IMG/VR virus record: IMGVR_UViG_3300037840_000216 | Location: 20,468-84,467 of that record | Origin: a virus | Strand: one strand, 5' to 3' | DNA: 64,000 nucleotides | Translations under genes and position numbers: made by a program | Shown: in pieces, positions 9,564-19,175 of the stretch | Numbering within the stretch: the stretch's first letter is position 1 | Layout: each line of letters starts with the position of its first letter | The notes under the pieces: generated by a model | Told to the model about the DNA's origin: nothing | The model's database searches: none | Seen by the model: the letters and a program-made list of their open reading frames with translations, nothing else

Positions 9564-12500
9564 GCCTCCATGTACATAGCGAGTACTCCTCTCTTGATGG
9601 ATGGTCCACGGTCGATGAGATCGCGGAGCGCATGCTTGAGATCAAGTGCCCGTTCTGCGGATTGACCGATCACGGCGTAGTCGCGGGTCACATCGAGTTC
9701 GACAAAGCCATGCGCAGCCGTGGCCTCAACCCTGTGTTCGGGGCGGAGCTATACCACGGTGTGAAATTCGATGACCTCAAGAAAAACGAGCGCGACCAGG
9801 CGCACCTAATCGCCCTGGCCATGACCGACGAAGGTCTGCGCAACCTCTGGCGGCTGACCAACGCAACCTCTGATCGGGATCACTTCCATCACGTTGGGCG
9901 AGTCACCAACGATGACATCGTGAAGTACAAGGAGGGGATCATCTTCACGTCGGCGTGCCCGCTGGGGCTTGTGCCACAAGGTCTGCTCAAAGGCGACAGC
10001 ACGATGCTCAACTGGTACCTCGACAATCTGGGAGACAATTTCCGCATGGAGATCACCACGTACCCCGGCGATGTCGAGTGGCGCGACTCAGACTCGGAGG
10101 ACGATGAGGATGTGATTGTCACCCCGCGCCTCATCAACGAACTTGTCGTGGATGCTGCGCAGGAGCGCGGTGTCAAGATCACATATGGAGACGACGGCCA
10201 CTATGCCCGCCCGGACCAGTACGAGGAGCACGATATGTACATCGCTGCGCAGACACGGCAGTCGATCTACACGCCGGTCGAGGATCGCAAGATGTGGCAC
10301 CCGCCTGGAGCCCTGTGCATCAAGGACGAGAAGACCGTACGCGAGAACCTTGGCTATCTGCCTGAGTCCGTGGTCGATGAGGCTATCGCTAACACGTACG
10401 AGATCGGCGAAGCCGCTGACGCCCACCTACCAGACGTAGGTAAAGCGCACATGCCGCTCTTCGTGCCGGGCGACTGCCCGTGGCTCGATGACCCAGAGGA
10501 GGACGTAGCTGCGCTCTTCACACGGCTCGTGTCGGAAGGCATCGAACGGATCTACGCTGGTACGGAGCACGAGGCAGAGGCCGTGGAGAAAGCCATCCAC
10601 GAGATGGAAGTCCTCATGGAGGACCACCTGGAGCACTACTTCCTCCTGGCATGGGACGTGATCCAGTTCTGCAAAATGGAAGGGATCAACGTCGGGCCGG
10701 GACGAGGGTCGTCTGCCGGTGCGATCGTAGCCTACGCGCTCGGTATCACCGACGTGGACCCCCTGCACTACGACTTGTACTTCGAGCGTTTCTGGAACAA
10801 GGGGCGCACCGACGGTTTCCCCGACATCGATACTGACTTCGCCAAGTCACGACGCGGCGAGATCCTTGACTACCTGATCGATCGCATCGGCTATGAGCGC
10901 GTGTGCTCCATCGGCACCATCACTCGCATGAAGCCTGTGGCTGTCATCGAGAAGCTAGCGATGGCATGCGAGATCGATCATGTGGAAATGGAGCAACTGA
11001 AGAAGATCGTCAAGCAAACCAAGGACATCGAAATCCACGGCCACGAACAGATCGGTTGGAGCCCTGAGTTCGAGCCTGACAAGGTGATCTACGTCAATAG
11101 CTCCACGGAGATGAACCCCGAGGGTGACAAAGTAGGAGAAGAAATCGATGAGTGGATCGGCTTTGATCAACATCAAGCTCGATCAAAGCGTGCCAAGTTC
11201 GTGGCGATGTGTGAACACGCCTGCTCCCGCAACAGCAACTACGGCATCCACGCATCGGGCATCGTGGTTGCAGACATCGATCTTTCCGACTACGCTCCAG
11301 CTTACCGTCGCGGAGGCAAGGACGGTATCCCGGCCACGCAGTTCCCCATGTCCACAGTCGAGAAGCGCATGCTCCTCAAGCTTGATGTCCTGGGGCTCAA
11401 GACGCTCGATACGCTAGCCGAGTGGGACAAACTCATGAAGGCCAAAGGCGTCGAGACTGAGTGGTCGGGCCTCGACCTTCAGGACCACCCCGAGGAGATG
11501 TGGGACCTACTAGAGGAAGGGTTTGTCTCCGGCGTCTTCCAGGTCGAGACACCATTGGGTAAGAAACTCGCCGAAAAACTGAAACCACGCTCCATCGAGG
11601 AGCTAGCAGTCCTGGGCTCCTTGAACCGACCTGGCCCGCAGCGCGATGGTGTGCCGAACCGTTACATCGCCCGCATGGAGGGGCGCAGCGAGATCACCTA
11701 TCCGCACCCGATGCTGGAACAGATCCTCAAACCGACATACGGACTCTTTGTGTACCAGGAGCAGATCATCAGGTTCATGGGTGCCCTTGGGTACTCGCTA
11801 GGCGACGCGGATGCCGTGCGAAAGATCCTGGGAAAGAAGCACCCGGAGAAGCTGAGTGAAATCTTCGACGGCTTCAACGAGTGGGATAAAAAGGGCTTCC
11901 TCGCTGTCGCGATGGAGAAAGGATTCACCAAGGAGTCAGCGACAGAGGTCTGGAAAGGCATCGAAGGGTTCGCTAGCTACTCGTTCAACAAGAGTCACGC
12001 CGTCGCCTACGCGATCATTGGGTTCCGTTGCCTATACGCTAAGTACTACGGACCTCAAGAGTTCTACATCGCCTGCATACGCACCGTGGACAAGCAGAAG
12101 CGCGCGGAACTCACCCCCGAATACATCAAGGAGGCTAGGCGTGCCGGAATCAAGGTGCTGCCGCCCGACATCCGTTACTCTCAGGCTCAGGTGGACGTGC
12201 ATGACGGCAATATCTACTTCGGATTCGGGGATGTCAAGGGCGTTGGCACAAGCGGAGAGTACTTGGTCACGCTGCGCGACGAGGAGCAGTTCGAGATCGA
12301 ATCACCCGATGAGTTCGAGGAGATGTTGAAGTGCTACAACGACATCGAACTGGCCCGCAAGAAGCAAGCACAGGCAAAGGGCGAACCCTTCCCCGCAACC
12401 TGGAAGTCACCGAAACAACTACTCAACGAGAAAAAGCTCTCGCTGATCCACGCCGCCGGGGCCTGGGACGAACTGGAAGAAACCGCTGTAGACCTCAAGA

Positions 12501-12964
12501 CCAAGCAGAAATGCGAGCTTGAGCTACTGAGCGTGATCCTCACCGACAACACAGAGGAGATATTGGCTGATCACGAGGAAGAGCTTGAACAGTGCTCGTC
12601 GTGGGATCAGGCGGTCATGTCGTGGGAGGACAAAGAGGATGACCCTGACCAGCACATCGATTGGACATACGAGGACACTGGCGAGGAGGTTCCTATGGCC
12701 AAGCGCTACAGGGACTATCGTCTACCTGGTATCATCACAGGAGTCAAACCGACGAAGGTCAGGGCTACCGGAAAGGCGATGGGCATCATCACTATCGAGC
12801 ACGGCAGGCACGAGTTGTCGTTCGCTTGCTTCTCCAACAAGTGGCCCTCTAACAAGTTCATGTTCAAGCCACACAACGTCGGGATCTTCACGATCCGGCA
12901 ATCCGCCCCCACCGACAAGCGTGGCGACGGTTATCACTTTGAGGCCGGGCGACTGCTAACATGA
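9560..12964 (+). CDS. dnaE: DNA polymerase III alpha subunit
   Basis: PHP domain LHVHSEYSSLDG/LTDHG, GPGRGSSAG, FERF, PDIDTDF, KLDVLGLKTL, FNKSHA, C-terminal OB fold. Confidence 0.96.
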   Translation: MSLHVHSEYSSLDGWSTVDEIAERMLEIKCPFCGLTDHGVVAGHIEFDKAMRSRGLNPVFGAELYHGVKFDDLKKNERDQAHLIALAMTDEGLRNLWRLTNATSDRDHFHHVGRVTNDDIVKYKEGIIFTSACPLGLVPQGLLKGDSTMLNWYLDNLGDNFRMEITTYPGDVEWRDSDSEDDEDVIVTPRLINELVVDAAQERGVKITYGDDGHYARPDQYEEHDMYIAAQTRQSIYTPVEDRKMWHPPGALCIKDEKTVRENLGYLPESVVDEAIANTYEIGEAADAHLPDVGKAHMPLFVPGDCPWLDDPEEDVAALFTRLVSEGIERIYAGTEHEAEAVEKAIHEMEVLMEDHLEHYFLLAWDVIQFCKMEGINVGPGRGSSAGAIVAYALGITDVDPLHYDLYFERFWNKGRTDGFPDIDTDFAKSRRGEILDYLIDRIGYERVCSIGTITRMKPVAVIEKLAMACEIDHVEMEQLKKIVKQTKDIEIHGHEQIGWSPEFEPDKVIYVNSSTEMNPEGDKVGEEIDEWIGFDQHQARSKRAKFVAMCEHACSRNSNYGIHASGIVVADIDLSDYAPAYRRGGKDGIPATQFPMSTVEKRMLLKLDVLGLKTLDTLAEWDKLMKAKGVETEWSGLDLQDHPEEMWDLLEEGFVSGVFQVETPLGKKLAEKLKPRSIEELAVLGSLNRPGPQRDGVPNRYIARMEGRSEITYPHPMLEQILKPTYGLFVYQEQIIRFMGALGYSLGDADAVRKILGKKHPEKLSEIFDGFNEWDKKGFLAVAMEKGFTKESATEVWKGIEGFASYSFNKSHAVAYAIIGFRCLYAKYYGPQEFYIACIRTVDKQKRAELTPEYIKEARRAGIKVLPPDIRYSQAQVDVHDGNIYFGFGDVKGVGTSGEYLVTLRDEEQFEIESPDEFEEMLKCYNDIELARKKQAQAKGEPFPATWKSPKQLLNEKKLSLIHAAGAWDELEETAVDLKTKQKCELELLSVILTDNTEEILADHEEELEQCSSWDQAVMSWEDKEDDPDQHIDWTYEDTGEEVPMAKRYRDYRLPGIITGVKPTKVRATGKAMGIITIEHGRHELSFACFSNKWPSNKFMFKPHNVGIFTIRQSAPTDKRGDGYHFEAGRLLT

Positions 12965-13194
12965 AGGATATGTTGAGGATATTCGTATTGCACTCAAACG
13001 GTACATGGACAGTTGATCATCCGCGCCTAAGCGATGTACAGACGCCCCCCGAGGTCGTTGAAAAGAAAGAGCTTGATCAAGTGTTGGATGTTTTGTATCA
13101 AATGCAACACACGGCTAACTGGACCTTTTCGCCTAAAAGTAAACTCGTCGAGCGCGCTGAAGCTATTCTTCGAAAGTACAAAAGACTCAAATGA
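12961..13194 (+). CDS. Hypothetical protein
   Basis: Coupled between dnaE and recA. Confidence 0.6.
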   Translation: MKDMLRIFVLHSNGTWTVDHPRLSDVQTPPEVVEKKELDQVLDVLYQMQHTANWTFSPKSKLVERAEAILRKYKRLK

Positions 13195-14282
13195 GTAAGC
13201 AAACGCAACGAAAAAAGCTAGATGCAATGAAGACGAGCGCCATCAGAAACTACGGGCCACGCTCTGCCGCCTTTGGAAGCGAGCACTATGTCTTCAACGC
13301 TGTGTCCACGGGCTCCCTCATGCTGGACTACAAGCTCGGCACCGGGGGCGTCATCTATGGCGGTCTGGTTGAGGTCTTTGGAGCCAACGGACTCGGTAAG
13401 AGTAGCGCCCTTCTCTACGGCACGCTCGCCAATGTACAGAAGGAAGAAAAGCTCGCGGCCTTGATCGCAACGGAGCCTATCTTCGACAAGAAGTGGGCAG
13501 CCAAGCTCGGGCTCGATCCCGACTTCCTCCTCATCCTCAGGCCGGAAAACGCGCAAGAGGCATTCGACATGATGCGCGATCTGACGTTCAACACCGATAT
13601 CGACTTCATCGGTATGGACTCGCTCGGCGCGATGGGTAATGAATCGAGCCAGAAAGAGGGCGGTAGGCCAAAGGCGTACGGCATCTCTGGCGAGGTCACG
13701 TCTGGGCTCAACGACATCATGCCTCGGGTGTACAAGGCCAACAAGGGGATCATGGTCATCAACCAGCAACGCCAGGCTGGGTCCGCGAACGGCAACACCT
13801 TCTACGAGTCACCCGGTGGAGAGGCCCTGAAGCACCACGCCTGGGTGCGCATCCAGGTCAAGCCTGGGGCGAAGAAATACCAGGTCAAGATAGATGGTGA
13901 GGACGTGCTTGCCGGTCGAGAACTGAAGTGTACCTTCAAGAAGCCAAGCAAGGTGTCACACCTACTTGGCAAGGCGGCGGAGTTTGACTTCTACACGGTC
14001 GAACACCCAGACTTCGAAAACCTGATCGGCATCGACCAGGTGGGCGACTATGTGAAAGTGGCCAAGGTCACAGGTGTCTTCAAATCACAGGGCTCGTGGC
14101 TCGAACATCCCGTGTTCCCCAAAGGGAAAATCCAGGGCATTCCCAAGGCACGCAAATTCTTCACCAAAGAGCCCGAGGCGATGGAGGCTGTGCGCAAAGA
14201 TGTGATGAGCGTTATGGTTCAGCAAGAGCTTGAGGCTCAAGAGAAGTCTGGTCCTCCAACTGACGAGGAGCAGAGCGACTGA
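13191..14282 (+). CDS. recA: RecA-like recombinase
   Basis: STGSLMLD..LG.GG...G..VEVFG....GKS, DSLGA, INQ.R, PGGEALKH, GSW. Confidence 0.92.
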   Translation: MSKQTQRKKLDAMKTSAIRNYGPRSAAFGSEHYVFNAVSTGSLMLDYKLGTGGVIYGGLVEVFGANGLGKSSALLYGTLANVQKEEKLAALIATEPIFDKKWAAKLGLDPDFLLILRPENAQEAFDMMRDLTFNTDIDFIGMDSLGAMGNESSQKEGGRPKAYGISGEVTSGLNDIMPRVYKANKGIMVINQQRQAGSANGNTFYESPGGEALKHHAWVRIQVKPGAKKYQVKIDGEDVLAGRELKCTFKKPSKVSHLLGKAAEFDFYTVEHPDFENLIGIDQVGDYVKVAKVTGVFKSQGSWLEHPVFPKGKIQGIPKARKFFTKEPEAMEAVRKDVMSVMVQQELEAQEKSGPPTDEEQSD

Positions 14283-14425
14283 TGCTGGGAATCAAGCTTT
14301 GGTATACGCCTGGCCCTAACGGTTGCATGCGATGCGGTGCCCAAACGCGGCTGGCATCACCGGGCTTCTTTACGATGCAACTGTGGTGCGAAAAATGCTT
14401 GCTCGAAACGGGGCGAGCGCGATAG
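14282..14425 (+). CDS. Small zinc-finger protein (47 aa)
   Basis: Manual translation MLGIKLW...CMRC...CEKC; TGATG coupling to recA. Confidence 0.5.
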   Translation: MLGIKLWYTPGPNGCMRCGAQTRLASPGFFTMQLWCEKCLLETGRAR

Positions 14426-14778
14426 CACGTCGAGGATCGAGCAAGCGCCTCTCCGTAGAACAAGAGCACGCCATTGCTCATATCTACGGAGGCACTGTAT
14501 CTCCTTCCTCGGGCGGGGCCGCTCATGACTACGGCGATGTAAGGTGTCCGGGGCTCCTGATAGAGTGTAAGGTCACGATGCAAGAGAAACGCCCCAAGAT
14601 CCTGAAAGAGTTCGAGAAGATCGCTGCCGAGGCATGGGCGGAGGGACGGGACCCTGCGCTCGCGCTGCGTTACTTCGCTCCCGAGAGCATCCTCGCCAAC
14701 ACCGATGGCTGGGTAGACCTCATAGTCCGACGTGTAGCTGATGATCATCCGCTTGCGCCAGGAGGTGAAGTCGAATGA
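14395..14778 (+). CDS. PD-(D/E)xK nuclease, Holliday-junction-resolvase-like
   Basis: E..IA..YGG..SP.SG......GDV.....IECK. Confidence 0.75.
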   Translation: MLARNGASAIARRGSSKRLSVEQEHAIAHIYGGTVSPSSGGAAHDYGDVRCPGLLIECKVTMQEKRPKILKEFEKIAAEAWAEGRDPALALRYFAPESILANTDGWVDLIVRRVADDHPLAPGGEVE

Positions 14779-15569
14779 TGAAGCTTGACAAAACTCAGAT
14801 CACCAAAAACCTCAGCAAGAAGTATAAGTACGTTCCCTATCTGGAGAAGGCGATTGCCACCTTCGAAGATGATTGGCAGTTCGTCTACACCGAAAAGGAA
14901 CACGACCTATACTGGCACCCTTCCGGTCACTGCATGCCACCTGCGACGGAGCTATACGCCATTGCGCAGGAGCAAGCAGAGCGCGAGAACATCTCGGGGT
15001 CGGTGCGCAAGGCTTTCCAGGTCGGCCACTTCTGGCATCAGTGGCTCCAGTACATTACCCTGCACAAGCTGGAGTTCTGCACCCCAGAGGCTATCGAGCG
15101 CCGCGTCCTGCGTAGCTGGGGAGGCAAGGAAGTTGCCAAGGTAGAAATCACCGAGGCAGGTCTGTCGGCAGGTGACTGGAAGCCTGCTCCCTTCCACGCT
15201 GTGGCAGGATCGGGTGATGTGGCTCCGCTGGAAGCTCCCGGCTGGACTGGCATTGTGGACTACAAGACCATGAACGCCAATAGCTTTGCGCAACAGAGGA
15301 TTCCCGAGCGCTTCAACGCTAAGTATGAGTGTCAGATCAACATCTACATGGACCTCTTTGATCAGGCGCAGGCGATCATCTTGCCGATCAATAAGGACAC
15401 AGGTGATTTCAAGGAGTTTTTGTACGAGCGCAACCAAGACTTGATCGACACTATCTACGAGAAGTGGGAATTCGTGAGCGCATGCATTTCGGCTGAATCT
15501 GCACCTACAATAGATGATGACGGATTCTTCGATATCGATTCTCTCCTCACAGGACCAGTCTCAACGTGA
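14775..15569 (+). CDS. Cas4/RecB-like PD-(D/E)xK exonuclease
   Basis: HPSGHC, G..WH, GSGD, IVDYKT, QINIYM. Confidence 0.75.
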   Translation: MMKLDKTQITKNLSKKYKYVPYLEKAIATFEDDWQFVYTEKEHDLYWHPSGHCMPPATELYAIAQEQAERENISGSVRKAFQVGHFWHQWLQYITLHKLEFCTPEAIERRVLRSWGGKEVAKVEITEAGLSAGDWKPAPFHAVAGSGDVAPLEAPGWTGIVDYKTMNANSFAQQRIPERFNAKYECQINIYMDLFDQAQAIILPINKDTGDFKEFLYERNQDLIDTIYEKWEFVSACISAESAPTIDDDGFFDIDSLLTGPVST

Positions 15570-16059
15570 GTGTCTGATCAAAGATTGTCCGCGCCCTGCC
15601 GTTGCTAAAGGATATTGTGGATCGCATTATGCACGTCTACGGCAGGGACGTAATCTTGAGAATCCTCCGTTGCCCTCTTACGAGCCTCGAACATGTTCGG
15701 TCGAGGATTGTGAGTGGCCTTGTTACTGCCGGGACCTATGTCAACGCCATCATCGCAAATGGCTGACCTACGGTGATCCGTGCGGCGGAAAGCAATATCG
15801 CCAACGTGGCACGGGTAGCTACTACAGTGGTGGATATATTCGTATCGGCCAGCGCGGTCAACATCAACTCATCATGGAAGAAATACTAGGCCGCGCCCTG
15901 TATCCCGGTGAGACCGTTCATCACAAAAATGGCATCAAGGATGATAACGATCCTGATAATCTAGAGCTACGGGCAAAAAATCATGGTCAAGGACAGACTA
16001 TTCCTGATTTGCTAAAATGGGCACGTACAATCATTGAACGTTACGAGGCGACAACGTGA
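15514..16059 (+). CDS. HNH homing endonuclease
   Basis: Two C..C/C..H zinc repeats; H...ME..LGR.L...ETVHHKNG.KDDN...NLE. Confidence 0.9.
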   Translation: MMTDSSISILSSQDQSQRECLIKDCPRPAVAKGYCGSHYARLRQGRNLENPPLPSYEPRTCSVEDCEWPCYCRDLCQRHHRKWLTYGDPCGGKQYRQRGTGSYYSGGYIRIGQRGQHQLIMEEILGRALYPGETVHHKNGIKDDNDPDNLELRAKNHGQGQTIPDLLKWARTIIERYEATT

Positions 16060-16191
16060 AAACGCATATCGATTATCTCAGCAAAGACGAAGAGAGCTAC
16101 CTTCAAAAGTTGAAGGCTATCGCATACTTTTCTGTCAATCTAAAGGCTTTCGGTCGGGCATGTCGCACTCTTGCCGACATGATCGAGATTC

Positions 16192-16737
16192 ATGAACGTA
16201 TTGGCCATTGATCCCGGTGCCACGCGGGCCGGATGGGCTGTTCTCGGCATTCCCGGCACAGATGGTCAAGCCACGTACGTGGCCTCCGGCGTGGTACATC
16301 ACCCTCGCCTACCCAAGCAGGCGTTCCAGGACTACCGAATGGAACTGACGGAGCACTGGATAGAAGAGTCCTTCAGCCTGATGGAGGAGTACAAACCTAG
16401 CGTATTGATCTCTGAGACAGTACCCTCTCGTGGCCCGGAGATCATGGATCAGTTGTACCTAGCCAATGTGCAGATCACCGTGCTTCACACAATCGCTCTG
16501 TCGTATGGGGTAAAAGTTGAGCAGGTGTCGGCTCGCACAGTGCAATCCAAAATGGCGCTGCGCAAGAAAGATGTGAAAGTGACTAAACCTCAGGTGCGCA
16601 ACGGTGTACTCTCTTACTTCCCCGAGTTGGAGCCGCGCCTAAAGACCAAGGGTAAGCAGGTATTTGAGGAGTCAGATGCCTTGGCTATCGGCCTGTGGTT
16701 TTGTAACTGCTATAATGTCACAGTGAAATGGTCGTAG
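16192..16737 (+). CDS. ruvC: RuvC-like Holliday junction resolvase
   Basis: VLAIDPG...GWA, E, ESDALAIG. Confidence 0.85.
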   Translation: MNVLAIDPGATRAGWAVLGIPGTDGQATYVASGVVHHPRLPKQAFQDYRMELTEHWIEESFSLMEEYKPSVLISETVPSRGPEIMDQLYLANVQITVLHTIALSYGVKVEQVSARTVQSKMALRKKDVKVTKPQVRNGVLSYFPELEPRLKTKGKQVFEESDALAIGLWFCNCYNVTVKWS

Positions 16738-17120
16738 CAACCAAAAAGACAAACAAACCGACAGCGCCAATTCCGCTGCATCGTATCCTGCGTGAGGTCC
16801 TAAGACACTACACGGAGTACCGTGAACTAGTAAATCAGGACGGGCGGGCGCATATTATCGATTACGGCTACTGGGTCTATAACGAGGACGGGACTAGGAA
16901 GCAAAAAGAGGAAGTATCGATCTCGTTCTGGGATCTACATGAGGGACTCAAAGAGTTGGCTCCCCGCAAGCGCGAGGCGATCTTCTACAACGTCATCCTT
17001 GACATGAAGCAAAAGGATGTTGCGAAGATCATGGGCATAACCACTGTGAGTGTTGGTCAGTACGTGGAGGCAGGCACCATACAGCTAGCAAAGCAGTACT
17101 TTGCGGAGCGGGCGGGCTAA
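16728..17120 (+). CDS. Sigma-70 region-4 / ECF-sigma-like transcription factor
   Basis: L..L.PRKREAI......MKQKDVAKIMGITTVSV region-4 HTH. Confidence 0.7.
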   Translation: MVVATKKTNKPTAPIPLHRILREVLRHYTEYRELVNQDGRAHIIDYGYWVYNEDGTRKQKEEVSISFWDLHEGLKELAPRKREAIFYNVILDMKQKDVAKIMGITTVSVGQYVEAGTIQLAKQYFAERAG

Positions 17121-17698
17121 TGGGATATGACGACGCTGATCCAGAGCCGGCCGAGGAGGACGAAGACCTCCTGCTGGAAGAGGAGGGAGAGCAACAGTTT
17201 CGACCCGATGGCAAATACGCATCGGAAGAGCTAGTGGCCTTCGCCGACAAGATCCTGCGCGAGGACTCGAACCGCGAGCTTTGCCGCAAATGCAAAGAGA
17301 AAGACAAACGCGACGACTTTCTGCCATATGGGGAGGAGACAGGCATGATTGAGTCGGCCCCTCAGTACATGTCTGATGGCGAGCCACTTCTTGATGATGA
17401 GGGGAACCAGTTGTATCTCGACTTCCCCGAACTCAAGTGCGAGAAAGGGCATCGGTGGTTCCAAGGGGAGGGACAGCGACGAGACATCCGGGGGCCTAAT
17501 CCAATCCTCTTCGAGAGCCATCTGTACAACCGCAAACGTCGAGAGATCTACGTGGAGAGCGGCGTACCAGATCCGGCATTTACTATGGATCGACACGGAC
17601 GACCTACACACGGACTATACAACAGATCGCACCCAGATGGTAGAAAGATTAACACAAAAGATCAACGGGCTCGGAATGGCGCATCATATTATAGATAA
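17120..17698 (+). CDS. Hypothetical zinc-binding protein
   Basis: CRKC...CEKGH; TAATG coupling. Confidence 0.65.
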   Translation: MGYDDADPEPAEEDEDLLLEEEGEQQFRPDGKYASEELVAFADKILREDSNRELCRKCKEKDKRDDFLPYGEETGMIESAPQYMSDGEPLLDDEGNQLYLDFPELKCEKGHRWFQGEGQRRDIRGPNPILFESHLYNRKRREIYVESGVPDPAFTMDRHGRPTHGLYNRSHPDGRKINTKDQRARNGASYYR

Positions 17699-17776
17699 AG
17701 GTTATCATAATGGACGGTATCGAGGAGCGCACGGTGCTATCATGGGATGTTATCGAAGAACTGAAACGAGAAGCCG

Positions 17777-18262
17777 ATGAGTAAACAAGCTACTACCGAT
17801 AGTCCGTTTACCATGACACCGCAACGGTGGTATGACCTGATGGTTGAGGTGGGTATTACCCGCGAGGATGTCGAGCCAACTTGGGAAAACCACACAGAGA
17901 GAATTGTCGCTGCTCATCTCGTTGGGCCGACGATCATTCCCCCTCAAGAGAGGGATGATTTCCTGATCATCCTGCCTCCGGGTTTCGAGTTGCCCGAGGA
18001 TGAATGGCTTGAGATCGAGAAGCTGTTTGGAGTCGAACGCATTCTAAAGGGATCAACGGTCGTAGGTTGGGTTAACTTGATCAGAGATGATGGCGACGAG
18101 CATCCGAACACTCTACGTATCGGCCAGTTGGTCGGTACGCGCGCTTGCCACAAAGCGAATGTGGACTATGATGGCATCGTGAATGACTACAACATCAATT
18201 GGGATCGTCTGGATAACGATCGCGTCCTGGACGAACAACCGTGGGGTGTTGAGCCCAGATGA
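17777..18262 (+). CDS. Hypothetical protein
   Basis: 161-aa ORF within the operon. Confidence 0.6.
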   Translation: MSKQATTDSPFTMTPQRWYDLMVEVGITREDVEPTWENHTERIVAAHLVGPTIIPPQERDDFLIILPPGFELPEDEWLEIEKLFGVERILKGSTVVGWVNLIRDDGDEHPNTLRIGQLVGTRACHKANVDYDGIVNDYNINWDRLDNDRVLDEQPWGVEPR

Positions 18263-18275
18263 ACGCAGGCTAGTC

Positions 18276-19052
18276 ATGGATGAGATCGAAGCTCAAGAAT
18301 TGGGGGTGTCTGATGAGGAGCGCAGGAAGCGCAAACGCATCCTGGATAAGCGCTCGGGCGCTGATCTCAAGAAGCGCTGGGAGCAAGGTGACCGCGCCGA
18401 ATTGGAGGAGAGGCAGAAGGACGCGGCCCCTCCAGTTATCGTTGAGCCTCGGTGTCACGTATGCCAGAGTCCGTATCGCGAATTCATTGAGGAATCCCTG
18501 GTCAAAGGGCATGCCTACTCGCGCATCGCGAGGCAGATCCCGGCCGATGAGAACGGGCAGCAGATCGACAGACGCTCGATCTCCAACCATCTCAAGGAAC
18601 ACATGGATCTCCAGCGCACGGCGATCCGCGAGGAGCTTGAGGAGGAGGCCAGGGCTATCCAGCAGAATGTAGAAGAGGGCTCGCTAGGTGCGAAAACCGA
18701 TCGCGGGATCTTGAAGGTCCTGGTGGCCAAAGGATTCGATGATGTCCTCAACGGCGTCTCGACTGTCGAACCTAAGGATCTCATCCAGATCATCAAGCTT
18801 CTGAATGAACTGAACAGCGATGCCTCCAACACGCGCGCTGAGGAGAACGAGATTGCCCTACGTACCTTCGTGCGCGCGATTGAAAACGTCTGCTCAGTCG
18901 AGATGATCAAGCAGATCGTGGCCGAGGCAGAACGTATCCGCAACATGGACGATGTTGAGTTCGCCATGGAAGGCATCATCATCCGAGACGATCGTGCGGT
19001 GGTCAAAGCACCGCCGTTGGAACTAGAGGCCAGCGTTGCCGAGGTTGTCTGA
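18276..19052 (+). CDS. Zinc-finger/HTH DNA-binding protein (possibly terminase small subunit)
   Basis: CHVCQ...YSRIARQ...SISNH..EH followed by a helical region. Confidence 0.55.
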   Translation: MDEIEAQELGVSDEERRKRKRILDKRSGADLKKRWEQGDRAELEERQKDAAPPVIVEPRCHVCQSPYREFIEESLVKGHAYSRIARQIPADENGQQIDRRSISNHLKEHMDLQRTAIREELEEEARAIQQNVEEGSLGAKTDRGILKVLVAKGFDDVLNGVSTVEPKDLIQIIKLLNELNSDASNTRAEENEIALRTFVRAIENVCSVEMIKQIVAEAERIRNMDDVEFAMEGIIIRDDRAVVKAPPLELEASVAEVV

Positions 19053-19070
19053 TCGTCTATACTGTAGAGT

Positions 19071-19175
19071 ATGGCCTCGAAAAGAGCTTTTCAGGAAGGC
19101 GAACGGTTTGGTAGTTGGACCTTTTTGCGAGAATTTGAAATTTACCTTGGTCGGGTGGCAAAGTATCGATCATGA
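19071..19175 (+). pseudogene. Internally deleted HNH-type endonuclease stub
   Basis: GERFGSWTFLRE resembles the G..FG.LTV N-terminus of HNH/AP2 endonucleases (cf. 55019); TATACT at 19058 upstream; ATGA-coupled to the helicase. Confidence 0.55.

Noticed and set aside
14775-15569. Cas4-like gene as evidence of a CRISPR-Cas locus
   Set aside because: Stand-alone Cas4/RecB-like nucleases are routine in phage recombination modules; no other cas genes are present and it lies about 6 kb from the array.
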